From: Rhodosorus marinus CCMP1338
Taxonomy: Eukaryota; Plantae; Rhodophyta
Direction of reading: 5' to 3'
Assembly: GCA_029953675.1 (NCBI GenBank)
Contig: JAMWBK010000012.1
Coordinates: 992,001 to 1,056,000 of the forward strand
Length of the DNA stretch: 64,000 nt
Under the pieces are notes generated by a model. That model did not search any database. It had not been told where the DNA came from and was given only the letters and a program-made list of their open reading frames with translations. This document shows, piece by piece, positions 37,196 through 49,379 of the stretch; position 1 is the first letter of the stretch; each line of letters begins with the position of its first letter. The position numbers and the translations under genes were made by a program.

Positions 37196-37664
37196 AGGGC
37201 TCATTCTTGGAACAAATTCGATCTCGTGAGACTCCTTCGAGCGCCAACGGTTCTCTATGCGATGCGTTGGTGAAGCTCACACCAATACGCAATAAACCAA
37301 TCCACTTAAGAACTTCGGGCTCCACTAGGGAGTCCTTTAGTAAAGCGTTCACGGTTGCGTTAATGCTCGTCTCCCTAGTCCCTAGTTCCCTTTTACGTCT
37401 TGCGTAGCGCAGAGGCTTACAGGCCTTTGTTCTTAACATGCGCGACTGCGCTTTTATTGCTGTTAAGTTCAAGGGTTTTACATTCTGCGAAGGTAGACCA
37501 TTACTTGCTTTGAAGATGAAATTATTTATTTGTTGATGCAAGGGGATAGGCAAAGAGCGAAGGCTGCGAATCCACGCGCGAGAGTGCAGAGATGGACCGT
37601 TTCCGATCGCTGTAGCAACTGCTTCCGCGATGTGCTTTTCGATCGTCATGTTGTCACAGATGAT

Positions 37665-40600
37665 TTATAAGGTGCACATACAGAAACCTTCTGGATCTAA
37701 CCTCACAGTCTGGGGTTTTCATGCAGAAGAACAACATAATGGTCAGATGATCAGATAAGTGAAAAGCAAGGTAGGGACAATTCCCCCCGTAATTGATACG
37801 GTTGCCGTCGAGAAGAGCTCATCTGCTCTAAACACTTACAGCGCAACTTCTTTCCTTTCCCCAGTCCTCAAGCGCTTTGCATGTACCGGTCACTTTGTCG
37901 ATGCACTGGCCTTCAGGACAATCTAGACACCAGCAAGCCCCAGTGCTCTTTAGAATGAAAGGTGTCTATGGCGTGGATACAGTAGGTGATTAGAGGAAGG
38001 AGGTGGAAGAGGTCAGATACGTATTTGGATTGATTCAGGAAACTTTTTCGTATCGAGAGGAAATACATACCGCGTCGGGGTGGCAAAACAACTTGGCAAA
38101 CCTATCAAGAGTATCACAGGCCTTGGTCCTGAAATTAATGCAGGTGCTCTCATGGTCGCCGCAACACTGACACTTTCCTGGCTCATCTTCATCTAAGAAC
38201 ACGATACCTTGCTGTTTGCGTAAGGGTACATAGAAAACGTGATACCGTTCGCAGTTAGCTCTCAGGAAAGGACTTCATTTCTCTGTATTGTCTTCCTTAC
38301 CGGAAAACCGGGACAGGTGAGATGCACTGAGATGCCGGACGCAATTGGTTGACATTCACCATTCGGCGTGACGCAATTATCAACGGAATCACAACAGCGG
38401 CATTCATAATTTTGTTGTGAATCCGCGTAGGGATTCCCGCAGCCCGAACTTTTTTTGAAGTCCGCCAACTTGGTACACTGCCTTGGGGAAAAAAGCTCGC
38501 CAGGCAGGAAACAAGAGTCAGCGGACTCACCAGCAACTTTACAACAACCGCATTGACCACCGTCAGTGAATACTACCTGCTCTCATCACAAACAGCAGGT
38601 TCACGGAACATCTGAATGAGGTTACGGAGAGGGGTGCATGGAAAAATGCAAATAAGAATCGTTTGCTGAGTATTCTCACTTCAGAGCTGCTGCACGTAGT
38701 TGACGAGTACGCTGAAGTGCTGACACAGGTTGCATTGTCTATTCCACCGTCCAAGTTCACACAGTCGCTAGAGTCCGCCCCGCAGCACTCGCATTTTTCC
38801 GTGTTTTCATTCTTTACTGCAAGCTGGAAACGGCACAAGGGCGAATTTCGCGGTCAGTTTTAAACACATGGAATGTTGAGCAAAACGAAATTGTCCAAAA
38901 CTTACGACGTGTTGCGGGATTTTCGGCAAGCTCTCGCAGACTGCTTTTGCGCTATCTGATGACACTGACACGCAAGTGTTACTATCGTCCAGGCATTGAT
39001 CGGCTGGGCATCTAGAAACGCAATGGCAAAACCCATTCTCGTCCGGCGCACCGAGTGACGCACCGAGTTCTGAACCGCAAAACCCGGCAGCATACTTGTC
39101 ATTGTCAATGCATTGACCGAAAATGACGCACTGGTCCTCCCCAACCGCAGTTCTGCAGCATTCACAGTTGCCGGAAGCGTCGGCGTGCGGAAAAAGTCCG
39201 TTGCAGTTGGAACTCGAAAAAGCTTGGCGTGAGACGCATTGTTGATCAGCATTGACACAAGAATTTTCATTATCTCCAACACCTGGGCAACACTCGCAGG
39301 CTCCGGGGGCCGCCTTGGCAGGCGCGAACTGAAATAGAGGTAAGGCACCCAAAGTGTTATGTGAGTCGGAGTTCGTTTCTAGTCCTCCATGGGGCACAGG
39401 TCGGAGGATTCGGGGAAGGAAATCGAGGGAAGACCGCACAGGAAAATCCGTGAAGATTTTCAACTGCGAAATTCACGAATTGATTTCCGAAGTTGAGTGC
39501 ATGGAATTTGTCAAAGGCAGTCTTACCTGGCGCCCGAACGGATCGGCTGCTGCTTCGGCATCACAAGCTGTTTTCCTTTCTGCGGGTCCCACACACTTTT
39601 GCTGATCAGTGTCGAAGCAGTGGTCGGGAAGCGAGGCACAACACTGACATAGCCCTTCCGAGTCGGTAATAGCGGACTGTGTTAAGAGGAACCACCAAAC
39701 GAGTTCAGCAGGTCAGATCCTTCAGCAATCATCTGAGATACCCCAGACACGCCCACGCCATGACTGTCCCAGAAGAAGAAAGGGAGAATGATGTTGCTCG
39801 AAGATACTCACGGAAAATGTACAATCCGATCCGAAATCAGCTTCACTAATACACTTGATGCCGCCCGCATCCGAATCAACGGAGAAACATGAGCCTTGTG
39901 GACAGCAGGAACAACTGCCATGGTCGTCCTTGTACAAAAGTGAACCTGGCCCCCCCTACACAAAAATCATCGTAAAGCGGGAAATGGTTATTGAGCCAGG
40001 AGTGCACCCGTCAAAAGAGTCCAGTCGAGGATCAGTGTAGCCTACCGCATCGCAAAACGCAGAGGATTCGAGACTAAGGCATCCCTGGATTGGGTCAAAG
40101 CATTCGTTTTCTCCGCACGCCACCGCTTCACACTGACAAGAATTGTCAGATGGGTCTATGACGGCAACCTGAGAGGATGACGTAAACGTTTAGTTCATGT
40201 ACTTCCAGGTGTGTGACGAGCTTTGTGCGGGCATACCTCGGAGGAACTACATGATTGTGATTCAAAGTCTGAAACCTTTACGCAGCCGTTAGTCTCATCA
40301 ACGCATACATCAGTTTTGCTTGGGTCGCATCTACATCCACAAGCACCAGTATCGGGATCCTTAAACTCTTCCTGAAGAAAGAAGTGGTCCAATCATATTT
40401 TTATCAGAGGGTGCCCGCATTTGTGAAAGCGAACGGAGACTTTGGTCTTACCCCCAGGTCACCGCACGCATAATCGCTCGTTCTCACACACGTGCCGCTG
40501 TCATTGCATGCACTATTAGGGCAACTATCACAGGTCAGCTTCAAAGTGCAGAGAAACTCCTTTCGACCTCCTCCTATCCTCGTTTCGTCGCAGATGCCTT

Positions 40601-41171
40601 CGGTGGTCGTTTGAGGACTGATATATGCCTTTAGTTGTAGTTGCTCATCAACTTGGTTGGGTCCGTTGATGATGGCTCCGGGGGAAGAAACCACCGCAAA
40701 TCCGAGGAACTGGAGATCCGATCCGCAGCAAGGTATCTCTAGCACGGAGATTGCGCTCGGACAGAAGACAAGGCTGGCCTTGTGAACATGCGGTGAATTC
40801 AGACTGGCCACAGTTCGCTTGCGGGTATACCTCGACGATTTGCTGGTGATGGGGTCTCCTTTCTTGTGGACCCCTGCCCTCAGCTTCAATATTGATTCAT
40901 CCGTGCTGGGGACGGTGAACTTGGCGCGAAGGCACGTTCCTCCTGGTCTAGAGCTTGTAGGGGCTCTAACAATAGTTGAGATACAGACCTCCCCGTGTTT
41001 ACTATCAAGACGATCGATAAGATCAAAGCACGCACCCTCGTAACCAAACAGACCCTTCTTAGGGTCTGCGTCACATGTCGTGGCACCCGCCGTAAGCCTT
41101 AAAACGACCATGCTCAGCAGCACGAACGCTGCGAGTCGATGCATGTTTCCGACAAAGGCAGACGCAGACAT
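37665..41171 (-). CDS. Secreted Cys-rich modular protein (~808 aa, 11 exons): signal peptide, unassigned Cys domain and ~13 Cys modules
   Basis: Exons 41171-40452, 40371-40237, 40168-40046, 39955-39812, 39676-39527, 39328-38906, 38823-38680, 38576-38301, 38211-38071, 37965-37840, 37709-37665. All are multiples of 3 with GT-AG ends and no stops. Hydrophobic N-terminus MHRLAAFVLLSMVVLRLTAGA. Confidence 0.85.
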
Positions 41172-41277
41172 CTCGCGTAATCGATTACTGTTCTGCCCGA
41201 CACGTTCAGTCCACAGTTTGTAATCCGCTTTGCTTGCGCTGTACACGCGCACGCTGCTTCCCAGTACATGCGGACGC

Positions 41278-41288
41278 TTTATATATAC
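41278..41288 (-). promoter_or_regulatory. TATA box of the Cys-rich gene
   Basis: TATATATAAAG on the - strand about 110 bp upstream of the ATG. Confidence 0.55.
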
Positions 41289-42500
41289 TCGCCAAACTCA
41301 ATCGATTTGGTCTGCACAGACTGAAACCCATTGAGTCTCCGAATTAGCAGATTACAGATTCATGCTTCATTCATTCTCACCGGCTCGAGTTTGACAGACT
41401 ATGAGGGCGAACATAAAAAAGCAAACACTTTTTTCTTGTTCGACGGCAAGACGCTTGAGCCGCACCAAACCAACACAGGTGCCAATCACTTCTCACGTTG
41501 TGGATGTACATATCAAAATAAAAACCGCCGGAGGGCCCCACCCCTTATGTGTCAATGTCGCAGCACTGCTCTGAAGCTATCGCGCAATAATACTCAGACG
41601 ACCCCGCTCCCTTCTCCGTTCCCGTCCATCTAATTCTCAGCGAATGACGCGCCTCGGCGATACCCCTCTAAAATTGTCATGTGCTCGTTCATTAGTTGAT
41701 AATCATCAACGCAGTCGGGCCAATCTGAAAATTCGCCTATCGTCTTTGTCCATCCAAAGCTAGATTCTCTCCTAAGAATTCGGATCCGTACATTCAAGTG
41801 GCTTATGGCCCCCGCACTCAGAGAAAAACCAATCCACCGGTGGTTCTGAAATTTGCTCGACCTCAAATCTCATCCGACGGCCGCTCCGTGTACGATTCCA
41901 TCTGATTCCGGTAGAACATGAACTGTTCTGATTCTCGTTGGAGAACTCTTGGTTTGTTCTGCTAAGAAAAAAAAGGACCTATCGTTGAAGAAAAGAATGG
42001 CAAGAATTCCTGGAGCCGCAAATAGGCCTGAGGTAGGTCTGCTAGCTGGGTCGCCTTTGGTGAAAAAGCATCGCGTGCTTGAAACACTGTTCGTACCTAG
42101 CTATCGATGCTGTTCAAACCACCTCCTTACCAATCACGAACGTTCATTTAGTGTTTCAATACGAAAAGGAAATCTGCTTCCATATGAACTAAGGGTCGCC
42201 CGCTGAGCAGAGCGGACCGATTTCTCTAACCGACTTGTACAATGAGGATGGTCTTATTGTAGTAGTTGGTTAGCACGAGGGACTCTGAATCCGTAGACCC
42301 GAGTTCATCTCTCAGTAGGACCTCCCGCAACTTTCAGCGCTTCAGGCTTACATTGGTAGTATGTCCAGTAAAAACGCGTTGGAGAAATCGGTCCGCTCAC
42401 CGCATCGGGCCACCATTCGTTCGTATTGAAGAAGAAGATTTCGTTTTAATGTTGATTCACTAAATGACTATTCTCCTAATTGGCGAGTGGTCTGAAGAGC

Positions 42501-42762
42501 AACGATAGCCTGGTACGAATCGAACGAATGGTTTAATCGGAGGCTGAAAAAAAAAACCCCGAGGGGAAAAAAAGACTAAGCGCGGCGAAGTACTCGCGCC
42601 TCCAACATCAAAGCGGCATTCATGCGCCACAGCAGGAAACTTAAGCGGGTAAACAACGATTGAAGACGGTCAGGGCGTTCGCGGAACAACTCCCGAAGCC
42701 AGCGAGAACCAACAGAGTCCATGAACCCAAAGCACTCAAAAAACGATAGCCTGGTACGAATC
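42501..42762 (-). mobile_element. 220-bp 5'-truncated young family A retrocopy with a 21-bp target-site duplication
   Basis: aacgatagcctggtacgaatc at 42501-42521 and 42742-42762; the insert is near-identical to 51803-52020. Confidence 0.95.
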
Positions 42763-42980
42763 AGTGTTTCAAGCACGTGACGCAAGTTCTGGAACGGACT
42801 TTGTATAACATAATAAACCCATAGGATAAATCGGGCCGCTCCCTATAAATCATATGAGCAGGAAACAAAAGGTTTGGCTTGGAGTCTGCTAACAATGGAA
42901 GGATAAATTGATAGGCCCTTTCTCAAGTGCACCCTCCGACTTTCTGTGAATGTGACTCGCAACCAGAACACAGAGGGTTG

Positions 42981-43383
42981 TGTTGAAACTGGAAGTTCTG
43001 TAAGCGTTCTGGGCTCATAACCGGTTGAAACTGGAAGTTCTTACAGAGCTATAGGGACCCGTCGAGGCGCAAACACCGTACCCTTTTACTCGAGCCACCC
43101 CTCCGAGCACAGAGTGGCTTAGCAAAGAGCGGCTTAGCAGCTCCTATATATGGTTGTGCCAAGTGGGTCGGGTTTTTCGCTTGCGTACCCCTCTAAACCC
43201 CCCTGTTTTCGCGGGTTTAACTACTTCTGGGTCGTAAACAGCAAAAAACCCGTTCCCACTCGGCACCACCCTCACATATATGCTAGACTGCTCTGTGCAT
43301 TGTTACTAGATATAGGGGTAATTGGTTCTAATATAAGCTCTAGACTAGTATGAGGTGCCTAGATCACATATCGAGTTCCAACA
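42981..43383 (-). mobile_element. Copia-type LTR (43383-43023) with half-tRNAiMet PBS (43022-43009) and a duplicated LTR end (42981-42999)
   Basis: On the - strand: TGTTGG...TTTCAACC GGTTATGAGCCCAG aacgcttac AGAACTTCCAGTTTCAACA; TATATA near 43145. Confidence 0.8.
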
Positions 43384-43559
43384 AATTGGCCGGCGGAGAT
43401 GCAGATTCTGTATAATAATATTAAGAATATTGTTCAATCCTGAAGCAGTTTAGGTTTCTAAATGTTGATAAGGGTAGCCGGCTACGGCTACACCACAGGG
43501 GTAGCAACCTTACCGCAGTTGGGGAATTGTTCCGCGATCGCCGTGACCGTCTGTCCTCG

Positions 43560-44070
43560 TTGTTTACCAGTTTAAAAGTCTCTTGCTGTGGCGTATGAAC
43601 GCTGCCTTGATGTTGGAGGCACGCGATCTTCGCGGTTTAGTATTCTTTTTTTCCCGCTCAACTGTTTTTCTTTCAGTCTCCGATTAAACAGATTCATTCC
43701 GTAGGGGAAGATAATATCGGTTCCATGGTGGATAAGCACTATGCTAGTGTTGAAGGAGAACCGCCAATCGTAGTTCGAGGCTACGTTTGGCATGAGAGTA
43801 CTTACTGAATGCATTTGTGGCAAAGCCCGGGGGCGATGGCGCTCTTCGGCGAGCATGCTATCCCCAGAGAGCGACACTTTCCCGGGGTAGGAGTCCAAGA
43901 TATTCAACCAGGTGGTCAGTAAAACATTTCCGCAGCCACTCCAAGCCGAGCTTTTCCAGATGCCCAAAGCTTTCCACAATGAAATGCTGGAACCTGTGAG
44001 AACGGCCCTCCTGCGCGGGGGAGACTGGCCATGCTCTCAGCATTTCGTCGTTTCTTCAGTCGGCGAAGTA
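43560..44070. mobile_element. Old family A tail (+, 43560-43700) and family B fragment (-, 43790-44070)
   Basis: Tail cagtctccgattaaacagattcattc; the B fragment encodes EGRSHRFQHFIVESFGHLEKLGLEWLRKCF. Confidence 0.8.
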
Positions 44071-45074
44071 CAGAAGCTGCTGGCCCGCGGCCAAGAGCGG
44101 CTGAGAAAAAGGTGCGTCACCTGGCGTTCCCGAGTCATCCCCCAGGTCAGGACTCTCCAGGCCCGTTTGAGCTTAACTTCCGAGTTTGAGATAGAATCGG
44201 GTGCCTATGTTCGAGAGGTGTGAACATGACTCACAAATATGCTTGAGTATTGAAAATAGCATGGGGTGATGGTAATAAGGGGGAATTCGGCTGGAAGGGA
44301 TAACCGAACTAGAGAACTGAGGTCACCCCAAATATCCAAATATCATTTGGGAGGGGGAAGCTGGGAATGCCTTCGGGCATTGGAAATACCAGCTACAGAT
44401 GTTCTCCGACTCAAGGGAGTCGCGAACGTCCTGGTGGACGACAGTGGACAGTAAGGATTCAGTATACGTATATGTGGTATTAGCCAGGACTCCGGCTGGA
44501 CAAGCGCTGGATATCGTCATCGGTGCAGGAGAAAACCCGCGGCACAAGGGGAGTCCGAAAGAGGCACGATACGACGGCCGCTGAAAGCGAGGACTCCGTC
44601 GGCGAGAGACGACCTATTTTCTCCGTCGATGATCAACTATCATCCTCATCACGTTTCAGGGTTATATAGGGTTCAAGCCAAGGACCCTCAAGGCGCTCTA
44701 AAGCAATGCGAAAAGGCCCAGTCTAACGGCTATCGTCATTGTTCAGACCTCCTTCTTCGATAACAACGAACGTGCATTTACTTATTCAATCTTAAACGAA
44801 ATCTTTTGCTTCAATATGAAAGAATGGTTGCCCAATGTTGAGAGCGGACTAATTTCCAGGACTGACTTGCGGAAACACGCGATGCCATGTTGTCAAGTGC
44901 CACACCAGTGAAAAAACGGTTCCAAGCTTCTAGGAACAAAGGTGGACTTTCTCTTCCCGTTTGGGTTTTCGCGTTTACCGGCGGTACTACTGCTACTAAA
45001 TTCGAATTACCTGCCGATGGGACAACCCTAGAATAATGAGTGTGAGTGGGGTAAAAGCCACTCACACACACAGA

Positions 45075-46190
45075 TCTCGAAGTGCGCACCGCTCTGCGCT
45101 AATACCTCGGCTTGCATCAGTCGCTCTGGCCTTCCGAGATGGATTCGCCGTGCCCTCTAACCCCTCTATCTCTTAGAACGAAGGTACCGCGGATTTTGCC
45201 GCACACCTGCTCGCCAGCTGCCACGCTGTGAAAGGCGCCCGAACCCGACGACATACGCGGAACTTGAACCTGTTATACCGCGAACTTAGGACCTATCGTA
45301 CAGCAAGCCGGTCTTGAAGTTGAGTGTGAGAAGCCCCTGCCTGTCGCAGACTACCAGAATGATGAACGCCGCGTGGCTGACCTCGTGGTCACCTGTGACG
45401 ATAGGCGCTGTACGATTTACGTTGATCTTGCTCCGCCTAATCCTCAGGCTAGTCGCTATTTGCCGGCTGCAGGAGAGCGCCGTGGATTTGCCGCTGCAAG
45501 TATGAGACGTCGCAAAAGGTTGAAATATGCGGGTCCTTTGTCCTCCTCAGGGATTCGTGCTTCGGCTCTAGCTCGTCGCCTGGTGCCTCTGGTCATTGAG
45601 TGCTTTGGGTTTTCGGTTGTCTTTTTCGTTGGTTCTCGTTTGCTTCGGGAATTGTTCCACGAACGCCTCGACAGTCTGTCCAGTAGAACTAGCAAGTTCT
45701 TGCTGTGGTGTATGAACCCTGCTTTGATGTTGGAGGCGCGCGACCTTCGCCGCCCTTCGTCTTTTTTTTTCCGTCGGGTTGTTTTTTTCAGTCTCCGATT
45801 AAACAAATTCATGCAGAATAAACGCCCCTAACGCCCTGATCGTCTTACCTCATTGTTTACCCCTTTTCAGGTACTTGCTCTGGCTTATGAACGCTGCTTT
45901 GCCGCATGAATGCCGCTTTGATGTTGGAGGCGCGAGTACTTCGCCGCGCTTAGTCTTTTTTTCTGGGGTTTTTTTTTCAGCCTCCGATTAAACCATTCGT
46001 TCGTTCGGTGTTAGAGGCGAACGCGATATTCGCAGCGGATAGTCCTCTTTTTTTTCTCGGTTTTTTTTCTTTCACCTCCAAATTCATTCGATTTGGAGAA
46101 ACGCGCGATATACGGCGCAAATAGTCTTTTTTTTCTCTCCGGGTTTTTTGCTTTCAGTCTTCGATTGAACAAATTCATTGAGAATAATGA
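45075..46190 (+). mobile_element. Family A 3' portion (45075-45815) followed by a stack of family A 3' tails
   Basis: ADLVVTCDDRRCTIYVDLAPPNPQASRYLPAAGERRG...LMLEARDLRR; further tails end near 46006, 46090 and 46180. Confidence 0.85.
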
Positions 46191-46489
46191 AAATAAAAAA
46201 GCCAAAGACGGATGACCGATCCTCCACTCCTCCAATGCCTTTTTGGACAGTATTTTGTCAGGAAATACCGGCCTTTTTAGAACTGTTGCACTTTTTATTG
46301 GAATAAAAATGAGTAGATACAAGGCTGTTGAGGACGAAAAGCCGATCCGCACCTCCAACGGCACTTTTTTAGGGCGGGTCGGGTGCTCTTGAGATACTTG
46401 AGTATTTTGTGGAAAATCCAGTCGTGAAGAACGGAAAGAACGGACTGCTTTGTTAGTGGTGGTTTTACTGGGCTTTTTACTAACAGAGC

Positions 46490-47600
46490 CTGATGCGCTA
46501 CTCAAGACGTAAAAGGAAGCTAGGGACTAGGAAGGAGAGCCTGTAAGCCCAGGCGACGGTGGCGCGCCTCGGCGAGCATGTTGCTAGAATACCGCCAGAG
46601 AGCGACACTTAAACGGCGGAGGAGCACCAGAGATTCTTCTGAATGTTCGGGAAAACATTTACGCAGCCACTCCAAGCTTGACTTTTTCAGACGCCCAAAG
46701 CTCTCCACAATGAAAGGCTGGAACCTGTGAGACCGGGTCTCTTCCCGGGTAAGACTGGCCATGCTCTCAGCGTACGGTGTCGTTCCTGCACGCGGCGAAG
46801 CTTTGTTGGTAGTGTTTCATCGGATGCATTTACCCTCATAGCCTGAAGCGCTACGCAGAGCGTGAAAGGGAACTGGAAACTAGGAAGAAAACGCGCAAAC
46901 CCAGGCGGCGATGGCGAGCCTCTGCGAGTATGCTGCTAGAAGATCCCCAGAGAGCGACACTTAACCGCCTTAGGAGTCCAAGATACTCTTTGTTGGTCAG
47001 CAAAACATTTCCGCAGCTACCCCAAGCTGGACTTTTCCAGATGCCCAAAAATTTCCACGATTTAAGGCTGGAACCTGTGAGAACGGCCCCTTGCAAAGGG
47101 GAGACTGGCGTTGCTCTCAGCAAACCGTCGTTCCTTCACTCGGCGAAGGACAGGAGCTGCTGGCCCCCAGGCAAAGGGCGGCAGAGGGGAGATAGATACT
47201 TGACACAGGGAACGTGACAGCGAGGTCCACATATGCTGAGCGCCTGGCGGCGGGGAGTGTTTTATTTGTCCGTGCGGTTGGCGTCATACCTTCAAGATGC
47301 TGCGCGGGTCGGAATACGAGTTAGAGCTTGGTACAGGGGACTTTATAATCGTGCAATCCAAGGCGGCATTAGATCCTCGGATAACACTTTGCTGGAATAA
47401 TTCCACAAAACGACAGTACTCGGCGTAGGAGTACAACATCCTCTGCAGGGTGGGCGGCAAAGCATTTGCGAAGCCGGTTCAACCTTGAGTTTGAAGATGA
47501 CCAAACTTTCTCCCATTCAGGGACGGCTGAAAGTTGTGCGCCCTGCCCTCTGCGCGGTAGAGGTTGGCCACGCCGTCCGCTCTTTCGGCAAAGTCAATGT
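46490..47600 (-). mobile_element. Three family B 3' fragments in tandem (46490-46800, 46838-47240, 47370-47600)
   Basis: RSHRFQPFIVESFG..EWLRKCF..LLRRLSVALW..ML.EARHRRLG in each; the first two carry the GTAGCGC-N-TCAGGCT end. Confidence 0.8.
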
Positions 47601-47829
47601 GGTCAGGCCGAGCCAGCCCTGTGGACCTGTGGACTATGTCCTGCGGCCTTGAATTTTCTTATACATCCCGTAAGTGAGGTCCACTGGTTTCGTGGACCAA
47701 GTGCTCAGTCAGATAATGAAACGTCTCAATTTAATGATCTTGAACGAGAGGCGATGGGAGGCCGCCCCGGCGGGGGGGGGGGAGGTGTTTCGAAGAGCTT
47801 CATAGAACACAAAGTTCAACTAGACCGGT

Positions 47830-49379
47830 CTAGCTGCTATGTGAATACGTGATATCGACGTATCTACTGCAACTCGAAGAATCGCAAATGCGCGCTGTTC
47901 TTGTTCCAGAGAACGGCACTCCGAGGGAAGTTGTCCTCGTGGGGAGCAATCTATCATCCTGACCGTTGAAGAATCCATCCGAGTCCATAACTTCAATTCG
48001 CATGCTGATCCAAGAGCGATAACCAAAGAAGAGGTTCTTGTCCCAGTTTGGGTTGTGGTCGCCACCCTTTTCAGAAGTCCTTAGAGATAGGGACTTGCGG
48101 TCGATGTCGTAGGCGGAAACTCTAACGTACGGATCAGACTTCCTAGCAAAAAGGCCGTCCTTGTCTGGCAGGTTTCGCCCTCTTAGAACTCAGACTTGCA
48201 GGAGTCCAATGGCGCGCTCGCACCGTTCACCTGTGATACCTCGCCTGCAGATGCAAGTGAAGTCCGCGAGTCGGTCAACACAGGTATCCCCGTTCCGACA
48301 GGGGTTTGGTGCGCACTCGTTCCCATCTTCAATCAGCTCCGTGCGGAACGTTGCATATCTGGAACACGAAGTGGGAGCGCCGCAGGCGGTCCGTACCGAG
48401 CTTCCTCTGTAAAAGAGGGTCAGCTGTTCGTGCACGAGGACATCATGAGCACCCAGTAAATGGAATCATGACCTGAATTCGCAAGTATTGCCACTTTCCA
48501 AGCCCGAAATCAATCTTTTCGTTCCATGTCGGGGAGCTGTCGTTGCTAATCACTTTTGTGGTTCGAACTATGGAGTTTCCATCTGCATCCACAGCGGTTA
48601 CTCTCATGAACGGATCCGATTTAGCGAAGTGGAAGCAGCACGTGTCACGGTTGGGGAAGTTGTAGCCTGGAGAGCTGTGACTGCAAGCCGCCCGTCTTTT
48701 CCGTCATTCGGGCACTCATACATACGGTTGACGGTGAGAATGTCGAGGGAGGTCAGGTCTGTAGAACCTCCGATGGAGCCATTAGATATTCGCCTCAGCG
48801 TGTTCTGCCCGTTCTTGCTAAAGAAATCTTCCTCGTAGTGCATGATCGAAGCAAAGTCGTACCTAAGTCCCTGATGGTCAACGTTGTCCCAGGACTGCTT
48901 ATCGAAATTGTGTTCTTTTCCTGACTCAATGCTCTGCGAGAGTACTCTGACAAAGCTGTCTCTGTCTGGGCGCGACTGTTCATGGAAGAGACCAATACTG
49001 TGTCCAATTTCATGAAGCGCTATCGAGGAGGTGCTGCTGAATCCGTCGTGGCATATTGGACCCAAGTTGATCTTCTGGCGTCCTCAGCGACGTCCGACGT
49101 CGCTTGAATAGCAGAGACTGTTGTCGCTCTCGAACACTATCCTGTCGTCCGCATGTCTTGACTCGAAAAACCTTAGGCAAGTCGCGCTTTCATACCTGTC
49201 CATAGCGTTCCGGACATTTGTCCTCGTATGTAGTGGGACACCATTGTCGAACTCATCGTCGACCCTCCGAGAATGCCACCTCTTGCCCTTGTCCCGGATC
49301 GATCCGTTCTAGCTGCCCAACCGGCGATCGAAACCAGGAGCACCAGGGTCAATACGAACTTTGAGTTGGGTTGCATCAT
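47830..49379 (-). pseudogene. Intronless secreted metalloprotease pseudogene: signal peptide, astacin (M12A), C2, EGF, C2
   Basis: HEIGHSIGLFHEQSRPDRD and Met-turn SIMHY; C2 KSDPFMRVTAVDADG..PTWNEKIDFG; [37 protein letters not shown]; second C2 NLPDKDG..SDPYVRV..NPNW..VMDSD. About three frameshifts and two in-frame TGA. Confidence 0.88.

Noticed and set aside
37191-37649. 152-aa ORF on the - strand
   Set aside because: Runs antisense across retroelement tails and the 3' flank of the Cys-rich gene; composite origin.
45040-45067. Perfect 10-bp hairpin GTGTGAGTGG-N8-CCACTCACAC
   Set aside because: Single occurrence built from GT/CA-rich words, with no U-tract or element boundary to give it meaning.
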